A stretch of DNA of 64,000 nt, taken from positions 67,980,494 to 68,044,493 of the forward strand of contig NC_068990.1 of the NCBI RefSeq assembly GCF_001194135.2, in the 5' to 3' direction. This document shows positions 1 through 11,452 of this stretch, one piece after another. Position 1 is the first letter of the stretch, and each line of letters starts with the position of its first letter. Under the pieces are notes generated by a model. It made no database searches. It worked only from the letters and a program-made list of their open reading frames with translations, and was not told where the DNA came from. The position numbers and the translations under genes were made by a program. Origin of the DNA: Octopus bimaculoides. Lineage: Eukaryota.

Positions 1-518
1 TATATAATTGAAAAAATTGGAGTCAACAAGAAGGGATACAGTTGGACATTTTAATCACTACAATTGTTTCCATGCATCGTAGTTCTCCAAGTGTACAGTT
101 ATTTGATTATGCAACTGTTTCCCTGCATTTAGAGATCTAGTTGTGTTTCCTCGGGTGATATGTAAATATTGTCTCTATAAGTTTCAAATCCTTGGCTTCA
201 AGAACTTCTTGTCTGTCATGACTTGAATTTAGTAGTAATCTCTGAGCTTTTCAGAGTGTGTTGTTGCTGAAGGGCCATTGACAAACTGCTTTGAATGTGT
301 AGATGTAGTGGGACAGTGATTCTGGTACTGTTTAAGTGGTTGCCATTTTAAAGGGATTGGTATTTCATTTCTTATTTCTTCACACATGACAGATGCCCAA
401 ATACAAACCTAGAAATATATATAATACTACTACTGGATAGCACAGGGTAAACTGAAGGTGACCGAGCTTTATATAATACTCTACTACATTCTTAACAGAA
501 TATACCACAAATATATAT

Positions 519-671
519 CATCATCATCATCATCATCGTTTAACGTCCGCTTTCCATGCTAGCATGGGTTGGACGATTTGACTGAGGACTGGTGAAACCG
601 GATGGCAACACCAGGCTCCAGTCTAATTTGGCAGAGTTTCTACAGCTGGATGCCCTTCCTAACGCCAACCA

Positions 672-675
<4 letters not shown>
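519..675 (-). mobile_element. RTE-LINE-type 3' tail (5'-truncated LINE or RTE-tailed SINE)
   Basis: Reverse complement reads gagtggttggcgttaggaagggcatccagctgtagaaac...ccaacccatgctagcatggaaagcggacgttaaacga(tga)n. The same tail follows a recognisable RTE ORF2 end at 8940-9425. Confidence 0.8.
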
Positions 676-723
<48 letters not shown>

Positions 724-1111
724 NNNNNNNNNNNNNNNNNNNNNNNNNNNNNATATATATATATATATTAGTGAATAGATGAGGTATGGGGGAGCTACTT
801 CAACTTATGCTTGGAAAGTACAGTATTCAAATTGGCTGGTACAGTGTACCATGCACAATCTGGCAATTGTTCAGATTCATATAACAGGGCTATTCAATGA
901 GGAAATAAAAATAAGAAAACAAGCAATATAGAATGAGACAATATAAAAAGTGTTTAGAAATGTTGTAAGGGAAAAGGAAATAATTCTGTTAGAACAGTGC
1001 AGGAGTGATGGGTGTTGGGAAGATGAGAGGTGAAAAAGATCTGATGGGGTCACACACATAGTTCAAAGTCAGGCCTAAATACACTGACCAATGATCAATG
1101 ATGTTCTAATC

Positions 1112-1452
1112 TTGTGGTTCTCAACAGGGATCCATATGACCCTGAGGGTCCATACAATACTTTTGGGGGTCCATGCAACAAAATAGTAAATTGGAGATCT
1201 ACAAAAGTATTTTAAGGGTTCCCAAAATAATTTTGCTTTAAATGTATTCATTGCAAAAACAGCTAAGATTATTTTTTTAACATTTTACATAATTTAACTT
1301 ACACAAGTTAATATGGGGAAAAACAAAACAGGAACTTTGAAAGAAGATTCTACAAAACTAGTTTTCAGACATTGAATAGCTATGGGGGTGTCCACCAGAA
1401 TAAAATAGTAATCAAAGGGGTCCATAGATCAAAAAATGGTTGAGAACCCTTG
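1112..1452. mobile_element. hAT (Charlie-like) MITE
   Basis: Imperfect 14-bp TIRs ttgtggttctcaac (1112-1125) and gttgagaacccttg (1439-1452) resemble CAGTGGTTCTCAA-type hAT ends. Subterminal ggg(g/a)tccata repeats. The 8-bp flanks ttctaatc and ttctcgcc match only partly. Confidence 0.65.
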
Positions 1453-2334
1453 TTCTCGCCATTGCCAAATATGTTTCTAATATGTTGAAACTATGATTTA
1501 ATAAAGATTTCACTGTTGTTTCCAGCAGAACGATTGACTATATAGAAGAAGTTTTCTAACTGGATTAAGCTTTCAAAGCTATTTTTTGAGCTTCTTAGTT
1601 TTTAAGAGTTTTATACTCTCATAACTTTTCCTTACATTCTTAGAGTTATATCAGCTATGTTTCTACATACCCATAGCTGTCACCTTGAAAAATATCACAT
1701 ATATAGGAGATAAGGCTGATTAGCTAAAATATAAAAATATACATTCAGGAAGCAGCTTGTCAGAGGAATGCAAGATAAATTGTCCAAAATAATTTCGTGG
1801 GGTGGGCAGAGAATGAGAGAGACAGAGTATAAGAACAAGGAATCATGTACGTTATCAATGGTTTTTGTATATGTTAATGTATTTTTTACAAATATACACA
1901 TTAAAATGTATCATTTCAAGTAAATGCTATTTTGAGATACATATTTGCATGTAAATACATAGCTCATACAAATACATAGATACAGAAATGCATTATATAT
2001 ACATACATCTGTTTATGTGTGTGAAGTCTGTCTTGTAGCTTGCTTTACAAAGTTTGTCTATAGGTATTGGCTATCAAATGCTATCATACAGTGAGATCAA
2101 TCATATCACTGGATATGCATTTTTAATTCCATAATACATGTAGAGATTATACAAAAATATGAATAAGAGAAAATGGATTGAGCAACACTCTTTATTACAT
2201 AACACTACAATTCTTTCAATATTGATTCACAGGCAGAAACATTGTTCCAGCATTATATAAAATACAAATTAACACAAACTTTTTTTGCCTTCTCACCTGA
2301 AGAGACAAAATTCACCTGTGTTGCTGGAAGAATA

Positions 2335-2700
2335 ATAATGATTTCAAATTTTGGCACAAGGCCAGCAATTTTGGGGCTGTGGGTAAGTTGATTACATCAA
2401 ACCCAGTGTTTAACTGGTACTTAATTCATCAACTTCGAAAGATGAAAAGCAAAGATGACCTCAACAGAATTTGAACTCAGAACTTAAAGATAGATGAAAT
2501 GCTGCTAACAATTCTGCAAGGCCACTGCCTTGGAATAATAATAATAATTCTTTCTACTAAAGGCACTAGGCCTGAAATTTTGTGGGGAGGGGAAATTGAT
2601 TACATTGACTCAAGTGTTTCAGTGGTACTCAATTTGACCTCAGTTGGATGATATGCTGCTAAGCATTTTGCTCAGCATACTAACAATTCTGCCAGCTCCC
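2335..2700 (-). mobile_element. Two head-to-tail copies of tRNA-headed SINE family C
   Basis: Reverse complement has tggcagaattgttag (A-box-like), gagttcaaattc (B-box-like), and tttcatc...ttgatgaattaagtaccagt. Copies are separated by (AAT)n. Confidence 0.7.
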
Positions 2701-3059
2701 TGCCTTTATAATAATAATAATAATGGCATGATGTGTTAATTTATATTTCATATAATGCCACAGCAATGTTTCTGCTAGTGAATGGATGTTGCAACAATTG
2801 TAATGTGATGCATGTTGTTCAATCCATCTTCTATTATTCATATATGTGTGTCTGTGCATAAGTACAGACACACTCACATACACGCACAAATATATAGAGA
2901 GATAGACAGACAGAAATATAGATATAAAAATAAAAAAATTTATGTGTATAATATATAGTCAATAAAACCATATTCTTCCTCATTTGCATATGCATTTGAC
3001 ATAGTGGCACATATCAAGCTTTTGTGTTACTTGTTTTAGATGCCTGTAGTTGCAAGGAG

Positions 3060-3375
3060 ACATAGACAGCCACTCAGCTCTCCCACCCATGAACCAAGCA
3101 AAATATCAAAGATGTGACAACAGGAGGGAAAGAATGGACACCTGTCTTGACATCATGGGGTGGTTGTAAACGAGCATCATTGTCATACAGGTGAGGTTGT
3201 TCCTTTCTGGTTTTCCATGAAGAGCAAAAAACCCATGTATAGCTATGTGAAAAGAGGCTTGGAAACAGGTGAGGTTTGGTGCCAAGAAGGGCCTCCAATC
3301 AGAGGAAAAGCTGCTTTGACAAATTTCAGCGAACCAAATGGAACAGTGGACATTAAATTAGGATAACGATGATGA
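3060..3375 (+). mobile_element. SINE-like family F with RTE-type (GAT)n end
   Basis: The body ttgacatcatggggtggttgtaaacgagcatcattgtcatac recurs at ~20035 (+), ~49860 (+), 18765-18990 (-) and 52960-53190 (-). Ends ggacattaaa...gatgatgat. Confidence 0.55.
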
Positions 3376-3414
3376 TATATTCACACTAACATGCACATAA
3401 TTTACATACACACT

Positions 3415-3436
3415 GCTGCTGCTAGTAGTAGTAGTT

Positions 3437-3468
<32 letters not shown>

Positions 3469-3540
3469 TGTAGTAGCAGTAGTTGTAGCAGTAGTAGTTG
3501 TAGTAGTAGTAGTTGTAGTAGTAGTAGTAGTGATAATGAT
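3415..3540. repeat. (AGT)n imperfect microsatellite
   Basis: Directly visible; source of the spurious poly-Ser ORF 3391-3690. Confidence 0.95.
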
Positions 3541-3804
3541 AGTATTTTAATTTTGCTGACAAGAGATTCTAATCAGAATGCCTGCAGGCTTCCCAAAAAT
3601 CTCTTATCATGTCTCAGTAGAAGCTTTCTGATTAACTTTCTCTCAGACCTGTACAATTCCACGATAATCTTTGCTAGCTTCTTTTTTTAATTTTAGTTGT
3701 TTATATTAGCACTTTCCTAATTTGATTTTGTTTTTTTTTAATATTTTTATTTCTTTGTGTGTTAGCATGTTACTTTTCTCACATCTGATTCTTACATTCA
3801 CTAT

Positions 3805-4023
<219 letters not shown>

Positions 4024-4327
4024 AATGATTTTTTGTATTTTTTAACGTTTCTTTTAGTGGTCTTTTTTCTTCATTCCAATTTTGAAGTCAAGAAATAATT
4101 ATACTTATAAATTTATATAAATGACATCTTTTTTCTATATTTATGCATGTTTTATTGACTTTTAATTTAATCTTCTTCCATATACATATATATATGGTGG
4201 GTGTGGGTGTACATATGTATATGTACACCCACATACCTATATACACACTCATATATATATACACACATATATCTATGTATATATACATACATATATATAT
4301 AATGCATATATATATTATACATATATA

Positions 4328-4706
4328 CTCTTTTACTTGTTTCATTCATTTGACTGTGGCCATGCTGGAGCACCACCTTTAGTCGAGCAAATTGACCCCA
4401 GGACTTATTCTTTGTAAGCCTAGTACTTATTCTTTGGGTCTCTTTCACCGAACCGCTTAGTTACGGGGACATTAACACACTAGCATTGTTTGCGGGGACA
4501 AACACAGACACACAAACATACACACACATATATACATACATATATATACGACGGGCTTCTTTCAGTTTCCATCTACCAAATCCACTTACAAGGCTTTGGT
4601 CGGCCTGAGGCTATAGTGGAAGACACTTGCCCAAGATGCCTTGCAGTGAGACTGAACCGGAAACCATGTGGTTGGTAAGCAAACTACTTACCACACAGCC
4701 ACTCCT
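4328..4706 (-). mobile_element. tRNA-headed SINE family A (CORE-like motif, internal microsatellite), near full length
   Basis: Reverse complement: aggagtggctgtgtggtaag (A-box-like), ggttcagtc (B-box-like), cttgggcaagtgtctt (resembles the CORE domain accttgggcaagtcactt), central (TA/TG)n, and 3' end gtgctccagcatggccacagtcaaatgaatgaaacaagtaaaagag. Confidence 0.8.
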
Positions 4707-4815
4707 AAATATATATATTATACATATATATATTATGCATATATATAAATAATATACATACATATATCTATATATATATATATCTATATATATATTATGC
4801 ATATATATAAATAAT

Positions 4816-4898
<83 letters not shown>

Positions 4899-5624
4899 TA
4901 TATAATATATATAATATAATATATAATATATATAATATAATATAATATAATATAATATAATATGATATAATATAATATATATATGTATATAAGAAAACAT
5001 GTATAATCTAATAATGTTCGTTATGCTTTGCAATTTCACAATGAATAATACTTCTAACAAAAGCAAATATGAGTGCACATGCATACACACACATACACAC
5101 ACACATACTCACACACACACACATGCTATTTTATTCTCATCAACCTGTTCGCCAACAGCAATCATCCAATTTTCATTAAAACATTGAGAAATGACAAAAT
5201 TTCTAACCTGATAATATTTACTTCATTGTTTGCTTAGTACTTATCATGCAATGTAAACCAATATAATATACATACAGTAGTACTGGAGGTAGAGTAATAT
5301 GCTCTGAGTAACAGTTTTTGTGATATTTTTGCTGCTCTTTTCATAAAGTATATATATATATATATATATATGTGACCTTTATATATATCTGACCTATGAA
5401 GGCATGAAGGATGGGGATGTAACAAAGATAATCTTATATATGCATGTTTGTGTGTGTATTTGCATCATTATGGTGTTAGCAGTCACTGAGGTTTGTTTCA
5501 CCTGTTGTAAGACATTTGAAAAAGTGTCTATTAAGGTAGTTTTAGTAAAACTAAAGTCCTGTGAACAATTTTGGTATTTGGCATTTGTGTATATGTGTCT
5601 ACATATATATATATATATATATAT

Positions 5625-5863
5625 CCAAACGTGGCCGATGCCAGTGTTGCCTGACTGGCTCTCGTGCCGGTAGCACATAAACAGCACCCACTACACTACA
5701 GAGAGGTTGGCGTGCGTTAGGAAGGGCATCCAGCTGTAGAAACATTGCCAGATCAGATTGGAGCCAGGTGTGGCCTCCTGGCTTGCCAGTCCCCAGTCAA
5801 ACCATCCAACCCATGCCAGAATGGAAAACGGACATTAAACGATGATGAAGATGATGATGATGA
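5625..5863 (+). mobile_element. RTE-type 3' tail element
   Basis: gcacccactacact...ggaagggcatccagctgtagaaac...ccaacccatgcc...ggacattaaacgatgatga. Confidence 0.8.
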
Positions 5864-5919
5864 TATATATATATATATTAAAATAGAGAATATCAATTCA
5901 TTAATGACAAATTAACAGC

Positions 5920-6177
5920 AGAGTAACTCGGTGCATTTTTGGCTGACAGCTTGTGCTGGTCCGACGTTCAAAACACTCAGTCCAATCTGCTGGGTGGGTA
6001 GTTGGTGTTAGGCAGGGCATCCAGCCATAATAAAACCATGCCAAAACTGACACAGTTGCCTGGGGTAGTCTTCTAGCTGACTGGCTCCTGTCAAGCCATC
6101 CAACCCATGACAGCATGGAAGGGTGCTCCAGCATGGCCACAGTCAAATGACTTGAAACAAGTAAAAGAGTAAAAGAG

Positions 6178-6178
<1 letters not shown>
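5920..6178 (+). mobile_element. Chimera: RTE-type tail fused to the 3' end of SINE family A
   Basis: ccaacccatgacagcatggaa runs directly into gggtgctccagcatggccacagtcaaatgacttgaaacaagtaaaagag. Confidence 0.6.
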
Positions 6179-6245
<67 letters not shown>

Positions 6246-6577
6246 AAGAGAGAGATAGAGAGTGAAAGAGAGANNNNNNNNNNNNNNNNNNNNNNNNNNN
6301 NNNNNNNNNNNNNNNNNNNNNNNNNNNNNNNNNNNNNNNNNNNNNNNNNNNNNNNNNNNNNNNNNNNNNNNNNNNNNNNNNNNNNNNNNNNNNNNNNNNN
6401 NNNNNNNNNNNNNNNNNNNNNNNNNNNNNNNNNNNNNNNNNNNNNNNNNNNNTTTCAGTTTCTGTCTACCAAATCCACTCACAAGGGTTTAGTTGGACTG
6501 TGGCAATAGTAGACATTTGCTCAAAGATGGATTGAACCTGGAACCATGAAATTGAGAAGAAAACTTCTAACCACACA

Positions 6578-6633
<56 letters not shown>

Positions 6634-7349
6634 AATTGGAAAAAATATTAAAAAGAACTAAAATTCATTTTAAAACCCAAGTGTATTTTCAATCCCCAAA
6701 CAGATTTCCCTATATGGAAGGATAAGTATTTTTTCCTAAATATGTGCATGTGTATACAAACACACACACATATCTGTATGTATGTATGAATGCATGCACA
6801 TGTGTGCATGTGAGATTATGTGAAAGGTTTTTTACTGCATTTTGATTCTTGCCTACAAATTGCATTGATTATTCAAATTTCCAGCTAATATTTGCATTCT
6901 AAATGGACAATATTTGACATTTACAGAACCTAGAGCAGAAAATAGAAATATGCACTGATTGATCTCCTCCTCCACTTCATTTGTAGTATTCTTCCTTGCC
7001 CCTTACATTCACCAAATTAACTCCTCCCCTGCCCCCCCTCTCTCTCTCTAGATTTTACCACATCTTATCTATTATATTATGCATCTTGTATCAACCTCCC
7101 ACAAACTTGCCCATCCTGATCTCTGATCTCTTCTATCTTCCGTTTTTAGTGATTTTTTNNNNNNNNNNNNNNNNNNNNNNNNNNNNNNNNNNNNNNNNNN
7201 NNNNNNNNNNNNNNNNNNNNNNNNNNNNNNNNNNNNNNNNNNNNNNNNNNNNNNNNNNNNNNNNNNNNNNNNNNNNNNNNNNNNNNNNNNNNNNNNNNNN
7301 NNNNNNNNNNNNNNNNNNNNNNNNNNNNNNNNNNNNNNNNNNNNNNNNN

Positions 7350-7637
7350 ATGTGTGTTATATATATGCACAAATACACACACACACACATACACATATAT
7401 ATATATACACACACACACACACATATATATGTGTGTTATATATATGCACAAATACACACACACACACATACACATATATATATTTCCACACACACACACA
7501 CACACACATATATATGTGTGTTATATATATGCACAAATACACACACATACACATACACACATATATATATACACACACACACACACATATATATGTGTGT
7601 TATATATATGCACAAATACACACACATACACATACAC

Positions 7638-7709
<72 letters not shown>

Positions 7710-7750
7710 ATGCACAAATACACACATATATGCATGCACAAATACACATA
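7350..7750. repeat. Higher-order minisatellite of ~55-65-bp units built from TA/CA tracts
   Basis: The anchor atgtgtgttatatatatgcacaaatacac recurs at ~7350, 7428, 7512 and 7592, with a degenerate fifth copy at ~7705. Confidence 0.85.
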
Positions 7751-8185
7751 ACTATGTACATATATACATGACTTCAATTTAGGCACTACAAGCAACTATC
7801 CCTTTGCACCACAAACTTACAATCATAATATGCATGCACATGTATGTATATATTCATGTATATGGTATATCAAGGAAATGGTCTTGTATGAGTCAGTAAG
7901 CAAGCCTTCATGCAGCCACACAAGTTACCAAATTGTTAAAAATATCAACCCTACTTCAAATGAACCCTGCTTTGTTAATTTTTAAATCAGTCTTCTTGAA
8001 GTACAAAGAAGCTGAACCCAGTGTTGAATGAGATTTATTTATTGATTTCCAAGAGATGGCTTCAACGGAAGTTGAACCAGGGCACTGAAAACTTCAAGAC
8101 ATTTAACATTTTGTCAAATGTTCTTCTAAGTCTGCCAATTAAGTCACACAAACATACACACGCATACACACACACACACACACAG

Positions 8186-8460
8186 TGGAGGCGCATGGAT
8201 TCACAGTGAGTGTGTTAGACTCATGACAGTAAGATTGTGGCTTTGATACCTAGACTGGGCAACGTGCTGTGCTCTTGAGCAAAACATTTCACTTCATGTC
8301 GCTCCAGTCTACTCAGCTGGCAAAAATGAGTAATCGTGTAACATAATGGCATCCCACTGAGGTGTGGAATATATATACCATGGAAACTGTTTTCCATGCT
8401 GGCATGGGAAACCAGCCCTTATGAGTCAGTATGGCTGAAAAAGGAAACGTTATTTTTACA
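8186..8460 (+). mobile_element. tRNA-headed SINE family B (Meta-like)
   Basis: tRNA-like head, then gctcttgagcaaaacatttcacttcatgtcgctccagtctactcagctgg and ggcatccc...ccatggaaac. Homologous to 48855-49140, 56255-56490 and 17985-18200. Confidence 0.65.
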
Positions 8461-8939
8461 CAACACACACACTGAAGTAAGGACATAATGGTCACAACAG
8501 AAATGCTTTTAATTGGAGACTTGCTCAATCAAAATTGATTTGTGACTATCAATGAAAACAACAACAACAATCTTTTACTTTTACCTATGAAAGATGCAGT
8601 TTAAGTCCTCAACTTTGCTACCTGTGCCCAAGTTCATCATTGTTCTTAATGAACTCATACAGTAACTTGATATATAATGTTGCCCAGAGCAACTTAGATA
8701 GGTTAGGCTGTATCTAAATGAGTGGCATCATTTGGGGAAGTCTGTTAAGGTATATTCTGGGACATCATAGCACACTTGAATAGGGATTTGTTGTTGAATG
8801 AAATGAGTCTTGTTTTCAGAGGTTTGTCTGATATTCTGGAAGAGATTTTTCCAGGTAGCATTTGAATGTTATGGGTTCTTTTCTTTTTTGAAGGATAGTG
8901 TTTAGTAAAACAGGACCAGTTTCGGTACACAATAATAGT

Positions 8940-9425
8940 GTTGTTATGCTGTTATGTGATGTGAACGCAAGTTCTGTATGTGGATTTCTGATGAAGTGTT
9001 GGTCTCTATTTGTGGAAGAAACTTGTGGAAGAGGTAGATCCATGAAGGTGTGGGATGAGGTGCTGAAATAGGGGCTTTAGTTGATGAGCCCCATAGAAGT
9101 GATGACAAATCACCAAGAATTCTAGCAATTTGTTGTGCTTGAGAAAGCATTTAAAGCTAAGTGAAATCGGGGTCATGGTCAGTGCCAGTGACAAGTAAAT
9201 GGTACATGCACTGGCGACACGCAAGAGGCACCTGTACCAGAAGCATGTAAAAGGCACCTAGTGCATTCTGCAGAGTGGTTCGCATTAAGAAGGGCATCCA
9301 GCCTTAGAAACCAAGTCAAAACAGGTAAGTGGAGCATGGTGCAGCTCTCTGGTTTACCAGCTCTGATCAAACTGTCTAACCCATGCCAGCATGGAAAACA
9401 GATGTTAAATGATGATGATGGTGAT
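8940..9425 (+). mobile_element. Decayed RTE-clade LINE: ORF2 C-terminus plus 3' UTR
   Basis: Translates KCWSLFVEETCGRGRSMKVWDEVLK*GL*LMSPIEVMTNHQEF*QFVVLEKAFKAK*, matching the RTE C-terminal GRGRPxxxW motif with several stops. Followed by the common tail ending (GAT)n. Confidence 0.75.
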
Positions 9426-9469
9426 ATATGGAATAGAGGCCTAGCCTCAGATGTTTTGTGAACTTGATA

Positions 9470-9897
9470 CTAATTGGACATGAAACTCAGCTTGCGAAGA
9501 CTTATTGGGGCAAGCTGAAGCGAAATCGTGATGGCACCTGTGCCCAGTGTCGCCTTTCTGGCACTTGTGCCCGTGGCATGTGTAAGGACTTTTAAGCGAG
9601 ATCATTGCCAGTGCCCCTGGACTGGCTCTTGTGCAGGTGGCACATAAAATACACCATTTTGAGCATGTCCATTGCCAGTACCGCCTGACTGGCCTTCGTG
9701 CCGGTGGCACGTAAAAGCACCCACTGCACTCTCTGAGTGGTTGGCGTTAGGAAGGGCATCCAGCTGTAGAAGCTCTGCCAAATCAGATTGGAGCCTGGTG
9801 TAGCCATCTAGTTTCACCAGTCCTCAGTCAAATCGTCCAACCCATGCTAGCATGGAAAGCGGATGTTAAACGACGATGATGACAATGATGATGATAC
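9470..9897 (+). mobile_element. RTE-derived non-autonomous element with ~3 internal ~65-bp units
   Basis: Begins with gcttgcgaagac...ggcaag (homologous to the AVLEKT..AK* coding end), then tandem cattgccagt...gactggc...gtggcac units, then the RTE tail. Confidence 0.75.
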
Positions 9898-10769
9898 TTT
9901 ATATGAGATGTGAAATATTCAACCATTTAACCCATCTTATTTATAACCCTAAACACTGAGTTTCTTTTAATAATCACTTGTTTAAAATTTGTTCATTTAC
10001 AGAACAACACTTTTGGCCATCTCAGCAAAGAATAATTAAACAAACTTGTGATGAATAAATGACTCAGTAAATCTTGCAGAAGAGGTGTGCACAGCACATA
10101 AGCCTGCAAATTAATTTTTATGAAAATATAGGCAAATTATTTAGATACATTAGAAGCTTCATTTGTAAATAAATATACACATCAAGAGTTATTTTCACCT
10201 TCTCTTCCCTCTTTTATGTTTGTGGCCTGCGTGAGAATACTTCATTAGCATGCCTGTTCTTAACCATCATAGCAAAATCCAAATAAGCTGACTGATAATA
10301 TACTAGCTTATTATCTTATTGATAATTAGCGGCACTTTATCTAATTAAACCAGATCAAATAGTGTTTTGGTCACATCTCAATGGCATTAGATGTATTTCC
10401 AAAGTCTTTATCTAATTTAAAAGTTAATCGATACTGCATTGATTACAAACTAATTATTTCGCTTAAGCATTGTGAATGTGCGAGTTGTGGGTTGTGATCT
10501 ATTAGCTAGGAAGTGTGCCAGTAATAACTATGTCAGTAGAGCCCCATCTGTACATAATATAATTTGTTGTTACACAAAGTTTAATTATTGTCGCTACAAC
10601 AATTATGATTGGGCAAAACCACTTCCCATACCAAACTGCCTGTGAAGTTCTGGAGCTTACTAAGTTTCTATAGAGATTATAAATATATAAAGAGCATCTG
10701 TGTATATATGAATATATGAATTCATAGACACTTATACATAAGTATATATATATATATATATATATTGTA

Positions 10770-11452
10770 GCCTCTGCCAGAAGTGTAGCCAACTCACTTA
10801 TTCGTATGTTTACTTCATTGGACACTAAACTCTGCTTGCAAAGACCTATTGAGGTAAGTGTATTTGAAATTGAAATCGAACCAAATTCAATGACTAGCAC
10901 CCATGCCAACCTCTCCTTCATTGGACACTAAACTCTGCTCGCGAAGACCTGTTGGAGCAAGTGAAACTGAAATCGTAATTGAACCATATTCGATGACTGG
11001 CACCTGTGCCAGTGGAGCACTAACAGCACTGTCCAAGTGTGATCATTGCCGGAGCAGCTGTCTGGCTTCCGTGCTAGTGGCACATAAATAGCACCATTTG
11101 AGCGTGATCGTTACCAGTGTCACTTTACAGGCACTTGTGCCAGTGGCATGTTAGAAAATCATTCGAGCAAGGTCATTGCCAGTGCTGCTGGACTGGCTCC
11201 TGTGCAGGTGGCATGTAAAAAACACCATTTTGAGCATGGCCATTGCCAGTACCACGTGACTGTCTCTCGTGCCAGTGGTACATAAAAGCACCCACTACAC
11301 TCTCGCAGTGGTTGGTGTTAGGAAAGGCATCCAGCTGTAGAAAGTCTGCCAGATCAGATTGGAGCCTGGTGCAGCCATCCGGTTCACCAGTTCTCAGTCA
11401 AATCGTCCAACCCATGCTAGCGTGGAAAGCGGACATTAAACAATGATGATGA
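10770..11452 (+). mobile_element. RTE-derived non-autonomous element with duplicated 103-bp head and four ~65-bp units
   Basis: cttcattggacactaaactctgc occurs at 10813 and 10916. Four units start at ~11041, 11106, 11172 and 11239. The RTE tail ends gatgatgat. Confidence 0.75.

Noticed and set aside
100-400. Minus-strand protein-like stretch QRLLLNSSHDRQEVLEAKDLKLIETIF
   Set aside because: Short, bounded by stops, and no family recognised; possibly an old TE.
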